Notes under the pieces: model-generated
Database searches by the model: none
Told to the model about the DNA's origin: nothing
The model's input: only the letters and a program-made list of their open reading frames with translations
Shown here: piece by piece, positions 12,893 to 23,878 of the stretch
Layout of the letters: every line of letters begins with the position of its first letter
Position numbering within the stretch: position 1 is the first letter of the stretch
Translations under genes and position numbers: made by a program
Source of the DNA: Octopus sinensis
Taxonomy: Eukaryota
Direction of reading: 5' to 3'
NCBI RefSeq assembly: GCF_006345805.1
Contig: NC_043000.1
Span: 138,818,001-138,882,000 of the forward strand
DNA length: 64,000 bases

Positions 12893-13276
12893 TATTTTAC
12901 TTGTTTCAGTCATTTGACTGCGGCCATGCTGGAGTACCGCCTTTAATAGAGCAACTCGACCCCAGGACTTATTCTTTTGTAAGCCCAGTACTTATTCTAT
13001 CGGTCTCTTTTGCCGAACTGCTAAGTAACGGGGACATAAACACACCAGCATCGGTTTTCAAGCAATGCTAGGGGGACAAACACAGACACACATATATATA
13101 TACATATATACGACAGGCTTCTTTCAGTTTCCATCTACCAAATCCACTCACAAGGCTTTGGTCGGCCCGAGGCTATAGTAGAAGACACTTGCCCAAGATC
13201 CCACGCAGTGGGACTGAACCCAGAACCATGTGGTTGGTAAACATCATGCTACTTACCACACAGCCACTCCTGCGTA
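12893..13276 (-). mobile_element. SINE family A
   Basis: Full family A motif set. Confidence 0.9.
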
Positions 13277-14539
13277 AATAACTGCTACAAATAAATATCA
13301 GTCTTAACATTTTTACTCAAGCTGCTAAAAATAGCAATTACTTTACATTTTAAAATGGCAAAAGGATTCAAAATATACAATAAATAGATGATCACAGCTG
13401 AAATTTGATTCAACAGCTTGATATATTTGTAATTTCATCTCTCAAGTGTATCTACTTTACTTTTGGAGCAGATATTGGGCATGACTCCCTTCTCGATAAT
13501 TTTAATATACTTTTTTTTTTCTCCACAAATTTCTGTATGCACTGCTTGCCCATTCTCTCAAGAGTTATGCTGTTATAATAAACAGACAATGTTTACTAGC
13601 AGTTAATAGTTATGTAGGTGTTAAAAGATGATGTATTCTCCTCAGAAAGAAATGTATTTTTTGTCACAATTTGTTAGTTAAATAAGTTTTTTTATATTAT
13701 CGTACTTTCAAAAAATGAAAACAAATATTTATTTATTGGATTTTTATTTTACTTTCACATTACTTTCACTTACTCATTTCATAGCACACAATATGTTTGC
13801 TTGGAGACGGTGGGCATTACAATTTTCTAAACTGAATTCCATGGAAAATTCTAGCAAACACAAGTGTTATACAGTCTATATTTATATCATAGTCATCAAG
13901 AGCTGAGGGGATACTTTCAATTTACTTTAAGTTACTTCAGATATTTGCTAATGGTTTCACCTTGTTTTGATTTTATATATTCCTTCATTTCTTGCTTCAC
14001 ATCCAGTTTTCCTTCTGTTAAGTTTATCAACTTACCTTTGCTTATTTGCTTTGGGGAATTAGGATTTACATTATGTCAGAAAAATATCGATATCAACCAA
14101 ATATTTGTTATATTTGCACTTAAAAATCAATTAAAGAAATAGCAAACATCATTTGAATTTCTAAATAAAATCAAAACAAATCAAAATAATACATGAAGTG
14201 AAAATGGAATTTTAAGATAATAACAGATTTTAAAAGAAATATTGAAAATTTGTAAACATAGAAAATAAGTGAAATCCTAAAATTATAAGAAGATATTAAA
14301 AGGGATAATGAAATCCTCGAAGTGAATAATTAACGAGAAGTATGTAATTGCTTGTATTTCCTTGTTGATCTTTGAATGCTAATACAAAATATAGATCATA
14401 ACATTTAGTACATAATGAGCATGCCCTAAATATGATGGAGTATAAAAGTGGAAGCTGGCTGGTTGAGACAGAATAATGAGAGGGTTTTATTGATAAGTAA
14501 TATAACTGTTGTTTGAAAAATACGGATAATTTACCTCTT

Positions 14540-14760
14540 AGCACAGTAAAAATATGGATGAGTTATTGAAAGTAATGTACATGTGAGGCAAGGATGAGAT
14601 GATCTCTTGGGTGGTGTAAAACGTTAGTAAACATTAATATTAGAGAACAAATACGGAAGAATGGGTGTACAACAAATCAGATGTAATGTGCAAAAGAGAA
14701 GGCCATGATTGTACGAACATGCAATGTGCACAGAGGATGATGGCTGCTTAAGGAGTTGAA
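14540..14760 (+). mobile_element. Old RTE LINE ORF C-terminal fragment
   Basis: Degenerate GVQQIRCNVQKRRP*LYEHAMCTEDDGCLRS resembles the RTE C-terminal region (recalled). Confidence 0.5.
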
Positions 14761-15215
14761 AGCTTTTTTGAAAACAGTTCGTGTTAGATACAATGAAAGA
14801 TCATATTTAGGAGTTTTCTAATCAGTCGGATGATGTTGGATATACGTGTGTTCAGCATTAAAGAAGTCATCTTTGAAGCCCACTTGCTCCTGTAGTTGGT
14901 TTCTGTTTACAAACATAATTCTGACAAGCTGCTTGTGCAGATTCTGACAATAAACTCTTGAAGTCCTGTGTATCTTCTGTCTTGTATATTTTGAATATTA
15001 TTGCTATTTTTTAATGCAATATTAGAATATTTTCTTTTTACCAACAGTTTTTCACTATAGTCTAGCATGCTCTCTGGTTACATCAGCTCTTTCGTATCAA
15101 TCTGCTTTGACAGTTTCAGAGGCTGTTCCTCTTGTTATCTATTTTAGTGCATATTTCCCTTCCCAGTTAGAGACTAAGGGTATTGGTATGGATGGACAAC
15201 CTTCTCTTGTTGTCA

Positions 15216-16166
15216 TCTCTCTCTATATAAACGGCAGTTTGTCTGTCTGCGTGTCTGTGTGTCTGTTAGGTTGTACCCTCACCCTGACCTCGGCTTTCAA
15301 CCGATTCTGATGAAACTTGACACACACATAGCCCAATGTCATAATTCAAAACTAACGCAGCGAAAATTTTGAAAAGTTCCCCCAGTTCTGAAAAAAATCG
15401 ATAAATTCGACATGGGGTCGAGAATCAGAAACACAAACCACAGACTGTCTAGGGGACGCAACTCGACCTTTTTAACTCTCAACTCCATCAATATCCAGCT
15501 ACTTGAAGCTATTCCCGGTGATGTCCACGTCTACAAATCTATTGATAGGACAGCAGACCCCGCCGAGCTTGCCGATTATCCTGTTGAATTCCTGAATTCA
15601 CTTGAACCGCCAGGCCTGCTGCCACACATCCTGAAGTTAAAAGTCGGTGCGCCCATTATGCTCATCAGGAATTTGGTTCCACCTAAACAGTGCAACGGCA
15701 CACGTCTCGTTGTGAAACATTTGCCACCACATTTAATAACGGCCACAATACTTACCGGTTGTGGGAAGGGAGAGGACGTCTTCATTCCACGCATGCACCT
15801 TCAACCATCGGGCGCTGAGTTACCAATCCACTTCAGGCGTTCTCAGTTTCCTGTTAAACTCTGCTTCGCAATGTCCATCAATAAGTCCCAAGGCCAAACG
15901 CTACAAGTCGCTGGGTTACAGTTGGGCGAACAGTGCTTCGCCACGGTCAACTCTACGTGGGCTGTTCACGCGTTGGGAGGCGCAATGATGTTTTCGCCCA
16001 AAGGGACAGCTAGGAACATCGTATACACAGAAGTATTCGAGTGAAGAGAAGACATTGCAACCTACACATGCGCCTTCGTTCCCTGGAGGGAAAGGACTAG
16101 ATTGGGATTAGTCGTTGCCTACTAGGGGCTATTACATACCCGGGAAACGCCGGGCTATGCTGCTAG
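15216..16166 (+). mobile_element. Non-autonomous Helitron (951 bp) retaining a helicase fragment
   Basis: Inserted between A15215 and T16167. Starts TC, has a subterminal hairpin CCCGG-GAAACG-CCGGG (16139-16154), ends CTAG. Confidence 0.92.
15490..16044 (+). pseudogene. PIF1-family helicase C-terminal fragment (Helitron RepHel)
   Basis: EFLNSLEPPGLLPHILKLKVGAPIMLIRNL..CNGTRL..FPVKLCFAMSINKSQGQTL. A 1-nt frameshift near 15942 restores HGQLYVGCSRVG. Confidence 0.93.
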
Positions 16167-16169
16167 TAA

Positions 16170-19130
16170 TTATCTAAAACAGCAAAAATACCGCGTGGTG
16201 CAACAGGCAATAAATTAAATTTTAGGAGCAAAATATATATCGACGTCACATTTCGAGGAGAGACACATGAAGCAAAATTATTCCTTGTGGATATCTGTTT
16301 GGCAAAGATTGGTTAGAACTATTCGATTTATGGCACCTCTCCATATATCTTTACGACAACAACATAAGTGATTGTCCTGTTAAAAACAAGTCTTCAGAAG
16401 AACTGAAGTAAAAATTGAAAACAATGTTCCTGCAAGTGTTATCAGAAGATTTAGGTCTGTGTAGAGAGACGGGGGCCTATTTACAAGTAAGAGAAAACGC
16501 TGTACCTGTAGTTAAAGCGAGCAGAACAGTACCGTAAGTGAAGAGTTGAACAGACTCGAAAAGAGCGGAGTCATCAAAAGAAGGGATTACTTGAAGTGAG
16601 CAGCATCCACGGTATGTATTTAAAAAAAAATTAAAATAAGCGGTGTGCCGATTTTTCTACAGGATTGAATGACTGCTTAAAAACAAACTACTATCCCGAC
16701 TGCAGAGGATATTTTTTCAAAGTTAAATGCTGGAAAAATTTTTTTCCTAAATTTGACCTGTCTGAAGCCTATATAAAAGTAAATGAAAAATGCTCAAAGT
16801 ATTTGACAATAAATACAGAGAGAGGATTGTACAGATCCACACGATTACCTTTGGGATTAAAAGTTGCACCAGCAATGTTCTAGCAAATCATGGATACTAT
16901 GTTATCTGATTGTAAATTTGCAGTCCTGTACTTGAACGATATTTTGATCAAGAGTAATTTTTGCGAACAGTGTGTAGAACACATAAAAGCTGTGTTTAAG
17001 AAAATTAAAGTTATCGGGTTCACTTTGAGTGAAAAAAAAATGCGAATTCTTTCTCCCCCAAATTAAGTACTTAGGGCAAATAATTTGATAAAAGTGGTGG
17101 ACGTCCTGAACTGTCGAAGGCAGACGCAATAAGGAATATGCCTACGCCGACTGACTAACTATTATCAAAACTACGTTACTAATATGCACGAGTTAAGAGC
17201 TCCTTTGAACGACTTATTAAAACACGGAGGAGCACTTTTGAAGAAATAAAAAAAATTCTAATCTCAGACCTGTCATTAGCACATTACGATACCGAAATGG
17301 ACATCATTGTAGCGTCTGATATATTCGAGCACGGATTAGGTGCAGTTCTACTTCATAAATGCGAAGACGGAAGTACAAAACCAGTGGTTCGTGTTTCGCA
17401 CTCGCTAATAGCGGCAGAGAAGAGATATAGTCAACTTGAGAAGGAGGCCCAAGTTAGTATTTTTACAGTTTAAAAATTTCCCATGTTTCTGCATGGCAGA
17501 AGTTTTTTGTCGCAAACAGACCATAGATTTTTGCTGTCGATTTATGGGTCTAAAAAAAGGGGGTTACAGACCCATACTGCGAACCGCTTGCAGCATTGGG
17601 GTGTAATATTAGTAAATTATAATTACAAAATTATGTCATGCAGACTGCCTTTCGAGATTAAAAAAAATATGGAACCACTAGAAGACACTATTATAGTCGT
17701 ACAGTAGGCAGAAAGAGAAATTAAAAGTGTTATGGTAAACATTATCTAAGATCTACCAGTGACTGCCCAGGATATGAGAATGAAAGCTGCAGGTGATGAG
17801 TATATTACAAAAATAAAAGAAGCTTTAAAAAATAAACAGAATAAAAATTCAAATGCCAGTAGTCTTTCAATGTACAACGATATTCTGATGTATACCCAAA
17901 GCGTGGTGGATCCATTTACATTGCAAAATGCTCTCATAAGGAGTTATGTCTACTGGCCGTCTATGGATCGAGATATCGAAAAATTGATGAGAACATGTTG
18001 AAGTTGCACGCTCGCAGTCAAATATCAATTGTGGTCAGAGACGGAGAACCCATGGTCTAAGTTACACACAGACTATGTCAGACCGGTAAATAGCGCTTAT
18101 TACCTAATCATAGTAGATAATTGTACTATGTTACTGGAGGTTTGCAGGTGCTATAGATTAACCTCTAAGATAACTATAAAGTTCTTATACAAATTGTTTG
18201 TGTGATACGGTGTTCCTCACACACTAGTTTCAAACAACAAAACGCAGTTCTCTGGGAATCGATTCAAGAAATTCTGTAGAAGGCATGTGATAAATAGAGA
18301 ATACCAAACGAGTTCCCTATGGATACCGTATTTATTACAACTCGTGGCTTGTAAACGTATCTAGCGAGCGAAAGCGAGTTAGATACGTTTACAAGCCACG
18401 AGTTGTAATACATACGGTATCCATAGGGAATGAGTTTGGTATTTTATTTATTACACACGAATAAACGACCATATTTTATTAACCCAATAACTAAATTCTT
18501 CACGTTTAGTTGTAACTTATGAATGACAAAAGTAGTGCCGTCACCGTGACCTCGGGTCATCATCATGAATTGACCAATCAGAAGCAGCGCTGTCACCGTG
18601 ACCTCGGGTCATCACCATGGATTGACCAATCAGAAGCAGCGCTCGCAGTATCTGACATATGTTAGATACCAAAAATATCTCAAAGTGTTCTCACTCACAT
18701 GTGTGTAATAAAGCATATTTTCTCTCCATCCTACCACCCAAGACTGAAAGATTTGTGGACACCTTTAAGAGAAAGTTAAGAAAAGCGAGGAATCAATTAA
18801 GTAACAACGAAGCAGTGACAAAGATCTTAATATACAAAGTGACCCCCTATCCAATCCAAGTACAAATTAAGGGGAGTCTCCTTCAGAACTGATGTTCGCA
18901 AGACGAATAAAATCCATTTTTGATAAACTGTAACCAGAGAAAAAAATCGTGAAGGAAATACGAAAGAGCCAATGAAATACATTGAGATAGGCGATAAAGT
19001 GCATTTCAAAACCTATAGAAACTGTAAAGAAGGCTGGGAAGATGATCTTGTTAGCGGAAAAATTAGAAATATGATGTGTCTAATCAAAGGGTCACACGGT
19101 GAACATAAGAGTCCCTTAGAACCAGTATGA
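16170..19130 (+). pseudogene. Decayed Ty3/Gypsy pol (end of protease region, RT, RNase H, integrase)
   Basis: GATGNKL, ADFSTGLNDCL, DLSEAY, RLPLGLKVAPAMF, YLNDILI, KYLGQII, SQLEKEA, TDHR, YWPSMDRDIE, ERFVDTFKRKLRK, all with many stops and frameshifts. No LTR identified. Confidence 0.92.
18295..18712. mobile_element. 418-bp palindromic non-autonomous element inserted in the Gypsy integrase
   Basis: 64-bp arms at 18300-18363 and 18380-18443; 2 x 52-bp tandem at 18540-18643; ATAAA at both ends. Removing it restores FCRRHVIKHIFSPSYHP. Confidence 0.88.
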
Positions 19131-19195
19131 GAAAAAGAAACCAGACCGTCCACCTTGTGATACTAAAGAGCTACTAATACACCCACACACACGTT

Positions 19196-19259
<64 letters not shown>

Positions 19260-19629
19260 ATTCGTTACACTCACTATTCTTCAATCATCAGGATTGTCAC
19301 AAGAATATAGGGTGCATGAGCTTAATTAGATTTGTTGTTGATTTGTCGGATTATCAATGCTGTTTATAATCCTGTTTCCTCACTATCTAATTGCAGATTA
19401 AACTAAGTTACTTAAATCATTATTTGAGAAATGATAGCTGTTACTTTCGAACATAATCCACTGATAATTTGGTCATTGCACCTCTTGCAAGATGTCGTTA
19501 TTCTGAAATCTTTAGAAAGGGTTATAATTGTGAACAGTAAAGCATATTAAGCATGTTGGGTTGCACTACACTGAGATTCCTTGCGTATTAGCTTTTCTCA
19601 TCATGAAGTACTTACTATGGGCGGGCTGT

Positions 19630-20012
19630 GGAGGTGCAATGGCCCAGTGGTTAGGGCAGCGGACTCGCGGTCATAGGATCGCGGTTTCGATTCTCAGACC
19701 AGGCGTTGTGAGTGTTTATTGAGCGAAAAGACCTAAAGCTCCACGAGGCTCCGGCAGGGATGGTGGTGATCCCTGCTGTACTCTCTCACCACAACTTTCT
19801 CTCACTCTTACTTCCTGTTTCTGTTGTACCTGTGTATTTCAAAGGGCCGGCCTTGTCACTCTCTGTGTCACGCTGAATATCCCCGAGAACTACGTTAAGG
19901 GTACATGTGTCTGTGGAGTGCTCAGTTACTTACACGTTAATTTCACGAGCAGGCTGTTCCGTTGATTCGGATCAACCGGAACCCTCGTCGTCGTAACCGA
20001 CGGAGTGCTTCC
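19630..20012 (+). mobile_element. SINE family C, full length
   Basis: Reverse complement of the 8541-8921 copy. Confidence 0.9.
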
Positions 20013-21147
20013 ATCCACTATTGGTGGGCACTGGAAAGCTCTGCAATAGTCTAAAATAAGAAAAAGTCTATATATATTGACATGGATGATTTAAACAGAT
20101 TTCTCTTCCTTTTTCCCTACAAGTAGCTACCCAGCTACTGTTCCTGAATATCAACAACACAAGGCATGTCATTCATTCATCTCTGTAACTTGTGCTCACA
20201 TCCATGGAATGTTTGAACTATAATTTATTTGTAAAAATTTTTAATGAATTAAATTTACATGTCTATTAAGGCTAAAAGTTTTGTTTCAATTTAAGATCAT
20301 TAAAATTTTTTTTTCCTGCTATGAAATTTCAAATTCGAAGAGAACTAATTTAAGTTTTAGCAATTCAATTAGAGAATTTTTATAAAGGGTTATTGAAATA
20401 CAAATTCTTAGAAATTTAAAAAGCAAATTTTAAACTATCAGTTTGTATTGAATTTTAATTTTTATTAAAGTTTTAATTTAAATTCTTACCATGTATTTTT
20501 GTTTAAGAAAATATTTGTTTTATCAATTTGAAATTCAAACTGAGTTAAAATAACTGACAAAAGAGGTTTTAATCAATGACATAATGATGTAATCAGCAAG
20601 TTTAGTCATAGCATTGTTTTAGTTCTGTTAAATAACTACCAAATATTTGAATTGCATGGCACCACTGTCTGAACAGATTCTGAAGAAAGCAGAAGTGGTC
20701 TGAATTAATAAAAAAATGCTTTTGGAAATAAATTTTTATGCCATGTTACCAAAGTAATGATGTATTATTTAAGACTTTAGATAAGCTGTGTCATTTATTC
20801 TGCTTGAATTAGAATTCATGTCTTCTTGAGAATGTATAAGCTTATTCACATTTACAAATTTTATTTGCTGTCTAAAGTTTCTGAGCGTTTTTATAAACAG
20901 CATCTAGTGTGGTCAACCTTTTCACAAACCTGGTGTAGTTTTTTCAAAGTCAGTACAATTCATTTCCAGTTTTCATGGATATTGGAAACAAATTACATTA
21001 CTGATATTTTCTGTCTTCCTTACTTTCATTTATCTGCAAGCACCTCTACTATCTCCCCAATTTAATTTGTTTTCTTTTATTACTATGTGTGGTTCTATGG
21101 ATCATTTCCAATCAAGATTTATGTAACTTTGTTTCATTTATTTATGA

Positions 21148-21199
<52 letters not shown>

Positions 21200-21215
21200 C
21201 TACATACATATATAA

Positions 21216-21269
<54 letters not shown>

Positions 21270-21283
21270 ACATACATATATAA

Positions 21284-21332
<49 letters not shown>
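21148..21332. repeat. (TA)n microsatellite with a duplicated internal interruption
   Basis: TATATCTACATACATATATAACTG occurs twice within the (TA)n. Confidence 0.9.
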
Positions 21333-21335
<3 letters not shown>

Positions 21336-22004
21336 GGGTGTTTGTATTCAAATTCATTGCACCAAAAATTTAAGTGGCATTATCTGTAGATTTTATTATA
21401 TGTATAACTATATTTTCAATAAAATCTTTAGCTATAAAATGATCACAATAATGTTTCTGATACTCTGATATTAAGAAGTGCAAATAAAATTAATGGCAAG
21501 TAAAAGATCCCAAAAAGATATGAAATTTTCAAGCAATCTATATAATTGCCATCATTCATCAGTTTGATTATCAATAATGTAAATCTCCATTTTGCATCTA
21601 TTGTAGAAAAACTGTATACAATTTTGTTAAATGTAAATTTTCGTTTTTGCTTTTTTACACCATTTCTTAAATATCAACTAGCTTGAAAATTTAGATATTT
21701 TTTGTATATTTTTCAAACTTTAAATCTTAATATCCTTTTGTTATTTTCATAGCCACTGTAGATATTTTGAAGGAGTGAAATAAATATATTGGATTCACAT
21801 GAAAAATAAGTGTGTATAACCATTGCTTCTTTATAATCATTTTTATTAAAACATTTGTATTCATTGGTCTGATATATATTTGGGCAGTTGTCAGCTATTT
21901 GGTTGTAGCATTTTGCTTTAACACTTCTTCAAATCATTGTTGTTTCACTTCCTGCTTTCTCATTCTTTTATTATTCTTAATCATATCACCTTGTTTGCAG
22001 CAAT

Positions 22005-22076
22005 CTTTTTGTAGTATAGTGGTAAGTATCCTCGCCTGTCACGCAGGAGACCGGGGTTCGATTCCCCGCCGGGGAG
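22005..22076 (+). tRNA. tRNA-Asp(GTC), probably a pseudogene
   Basis: TAGTATAGTGGTAAGTATC..CTGTCAC..AGACCGGGGTTCGATTCCCCG..GGGGAG matches eukaryotic tRNA-Asp. The 5' acceptor strand (CTTTTTG) pairs poorly and the anticodon stem has a C:A mismatch. TTTT lies 8 nt downstream. Confidence 0.85.
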
Positions 22077-22087
22077 GCCAGTATTTT

Positions 22088-22558
22088 ATAGGCGTAGGAG
22101 GAGCTGTGTGGTAAGGATAGGCGTAGGAGGGGCTGTGTGGTAAGGTATAGGTGTAGGAGGGACTGTGTGGTAAGGAGCTTGCTTACTAACCACATGGTCC
22201 TGGGTTCAGTCCCACTGCGTGGCACCTTGGGCAAGTGTCTTCTACTATAGCCTTGGGCCGACCAAAGCCTTGTGAGTAGATTTGGTAGACAGAAACTGAA
22301 AGAAGCCCGTCGTATATATGTATATATATATATGTGTGTGTGTGCGTGTATGTTTGTGTGTCTGTATTTATCCCCGTAGCATTGCATGACAACCGATGCT
22401 GGTGTGTTGACGTCCCCCGTCACTTAGCTGTTCGGCAAAAGAATAAGTACTGGGCTTACAAAGAATAAGTCCCGGGGTCGAGTTGCTCAACTAAAGGCGG
22501 TGCTCCAGCATGGCTGCAGTGAAATGACTGAAACAAGTAAAAGAGTAAAAGAGAGAGA
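22088..22558 (+). mobile_element. SINE family A with a triplicated 29-bp head
   Basis: ATAGG(C/T)GTAGGAGG..CTGTGTGGTAAGG starts at 22088, 22117 and 22147. Confidence 0.9.
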
Positions 22559-22984
22559 GAGTATTGTATATTGCTAAAAGTAATTCCAGTCTGATGCAAC
22601 TCTACCTAAATCTTGTAATTAACTTCCATGTTACCTTCTTTACAATCAATATTATTATTCATTTTCATTTAAGCACCATGCAAAATTTGTCTCAATCATT
22701 TATGACTAAATTATTCCTTTTAACCTATTGTCTATCTCAGTTTTGTTTTACCATAGATCCTTTTTGAAATACAAACATTATAACATTTTTCAGAACCCTC
22801 ATCTTACATCCAGCAATTTTTCCAAAGTCTGGTTGCTTACATATCATTAAATATTTATCTGAAGGCTTAAATTAATTTTCTTCTCTGTTAGTTCATTTTG
22901 AACATTGTGTTGAGTCAAACGTTTTGCAATATTTTACTAATTTGCTTGCTTCATTTGTCAAGTTACAACAAAAACAGCCTAGCA

Positions 22985-23135
22985 TCCAATGTAGTGGTCA
23001 TCATGTTGCCCCATGTCTGAAGCCACCTTTCTGCTAGTTCGTTGTTCCCCCGCTGATACCTGTTCTTGTTCTTCCAGGTGAAGAAATCCTTCACTGAAGC
23101 TTCCACCTCATTTTGGTTAATTAAGAGTCAAGCAC
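22985..23135 (-). pseudogene. Mariner transposase C-terminal fragment
   Basis: Minus strand NEVEASVKDFFTWKNKNRYQRGNNELAERW resembles mariner C-termini. Confidence 0.7.
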
Positions 23136-23499
23136 ACAGGAAAGGAGCCACAGATTGAAAGAAGTACTCATCTGAGAGAGAGAGAGATTTTCACAATCTT
23201 AACATGTATAAGTTGTGGTTAATCAAGAGACAGCTTCTGGAACCTGTTGCCAAATATGGGTGTTTCAAACAAAACTCGATGCTCTGACCTGGTGGAATTA
23301 ATTCGGTATGAGTTCATTCTAGATAGCTAGAACATTACATTAATGCCAACCTGTATTCCAAAACAGCTGGTGTGTATGTATACCATTGTACATCTAAAAT
23401 ACTCAACAGCAGCAAGACTACACAACACTAGCTTGTCAATGATGGTTGAATTAGTTGTAGAATAATTATCATAATGATTAACTAATATTTCTATTGAAA

Positions 23500-23878
23500 G
23501 AAGCACTCCGTCGGTCATGACAATGAGGGTTCTGGTTCATCCGATCAACGGAACAGCCTGCTCATGAAATTAACGTGTAAGTGGCTGAGCACTCCACAGA
23601 CACGTGTACCCTTAACATAGTTCTCGGGGATATTCAGCATGACACAGAGAGTGACAAGGCCGGCTCTTTGAAATACAGGTACAACAGAAACAGGAAGTAA
23701 GAGTGAGAGAAAGTTGTGGTGAAAGAGTACAGCAGGGATCACCACCATCCCTGCCGGAGCTTCGTGGAGCTTTAGGTGTTTTCGCTCAATAAACACTCAC
23801 AACGCCCGGTCTGGGAATTGAAACTGCGATCCTGCGACCGTGAGTCCGCTGCCCTAACCACTGGGCCATTGCGCCTCC
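23500..23878 (-). mobile_element. SINE family C, full length
   Basis: ORF 23545..23796 is nearly identical to ORF 8588..8839 from the same repeat. Confidence 0.9.
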
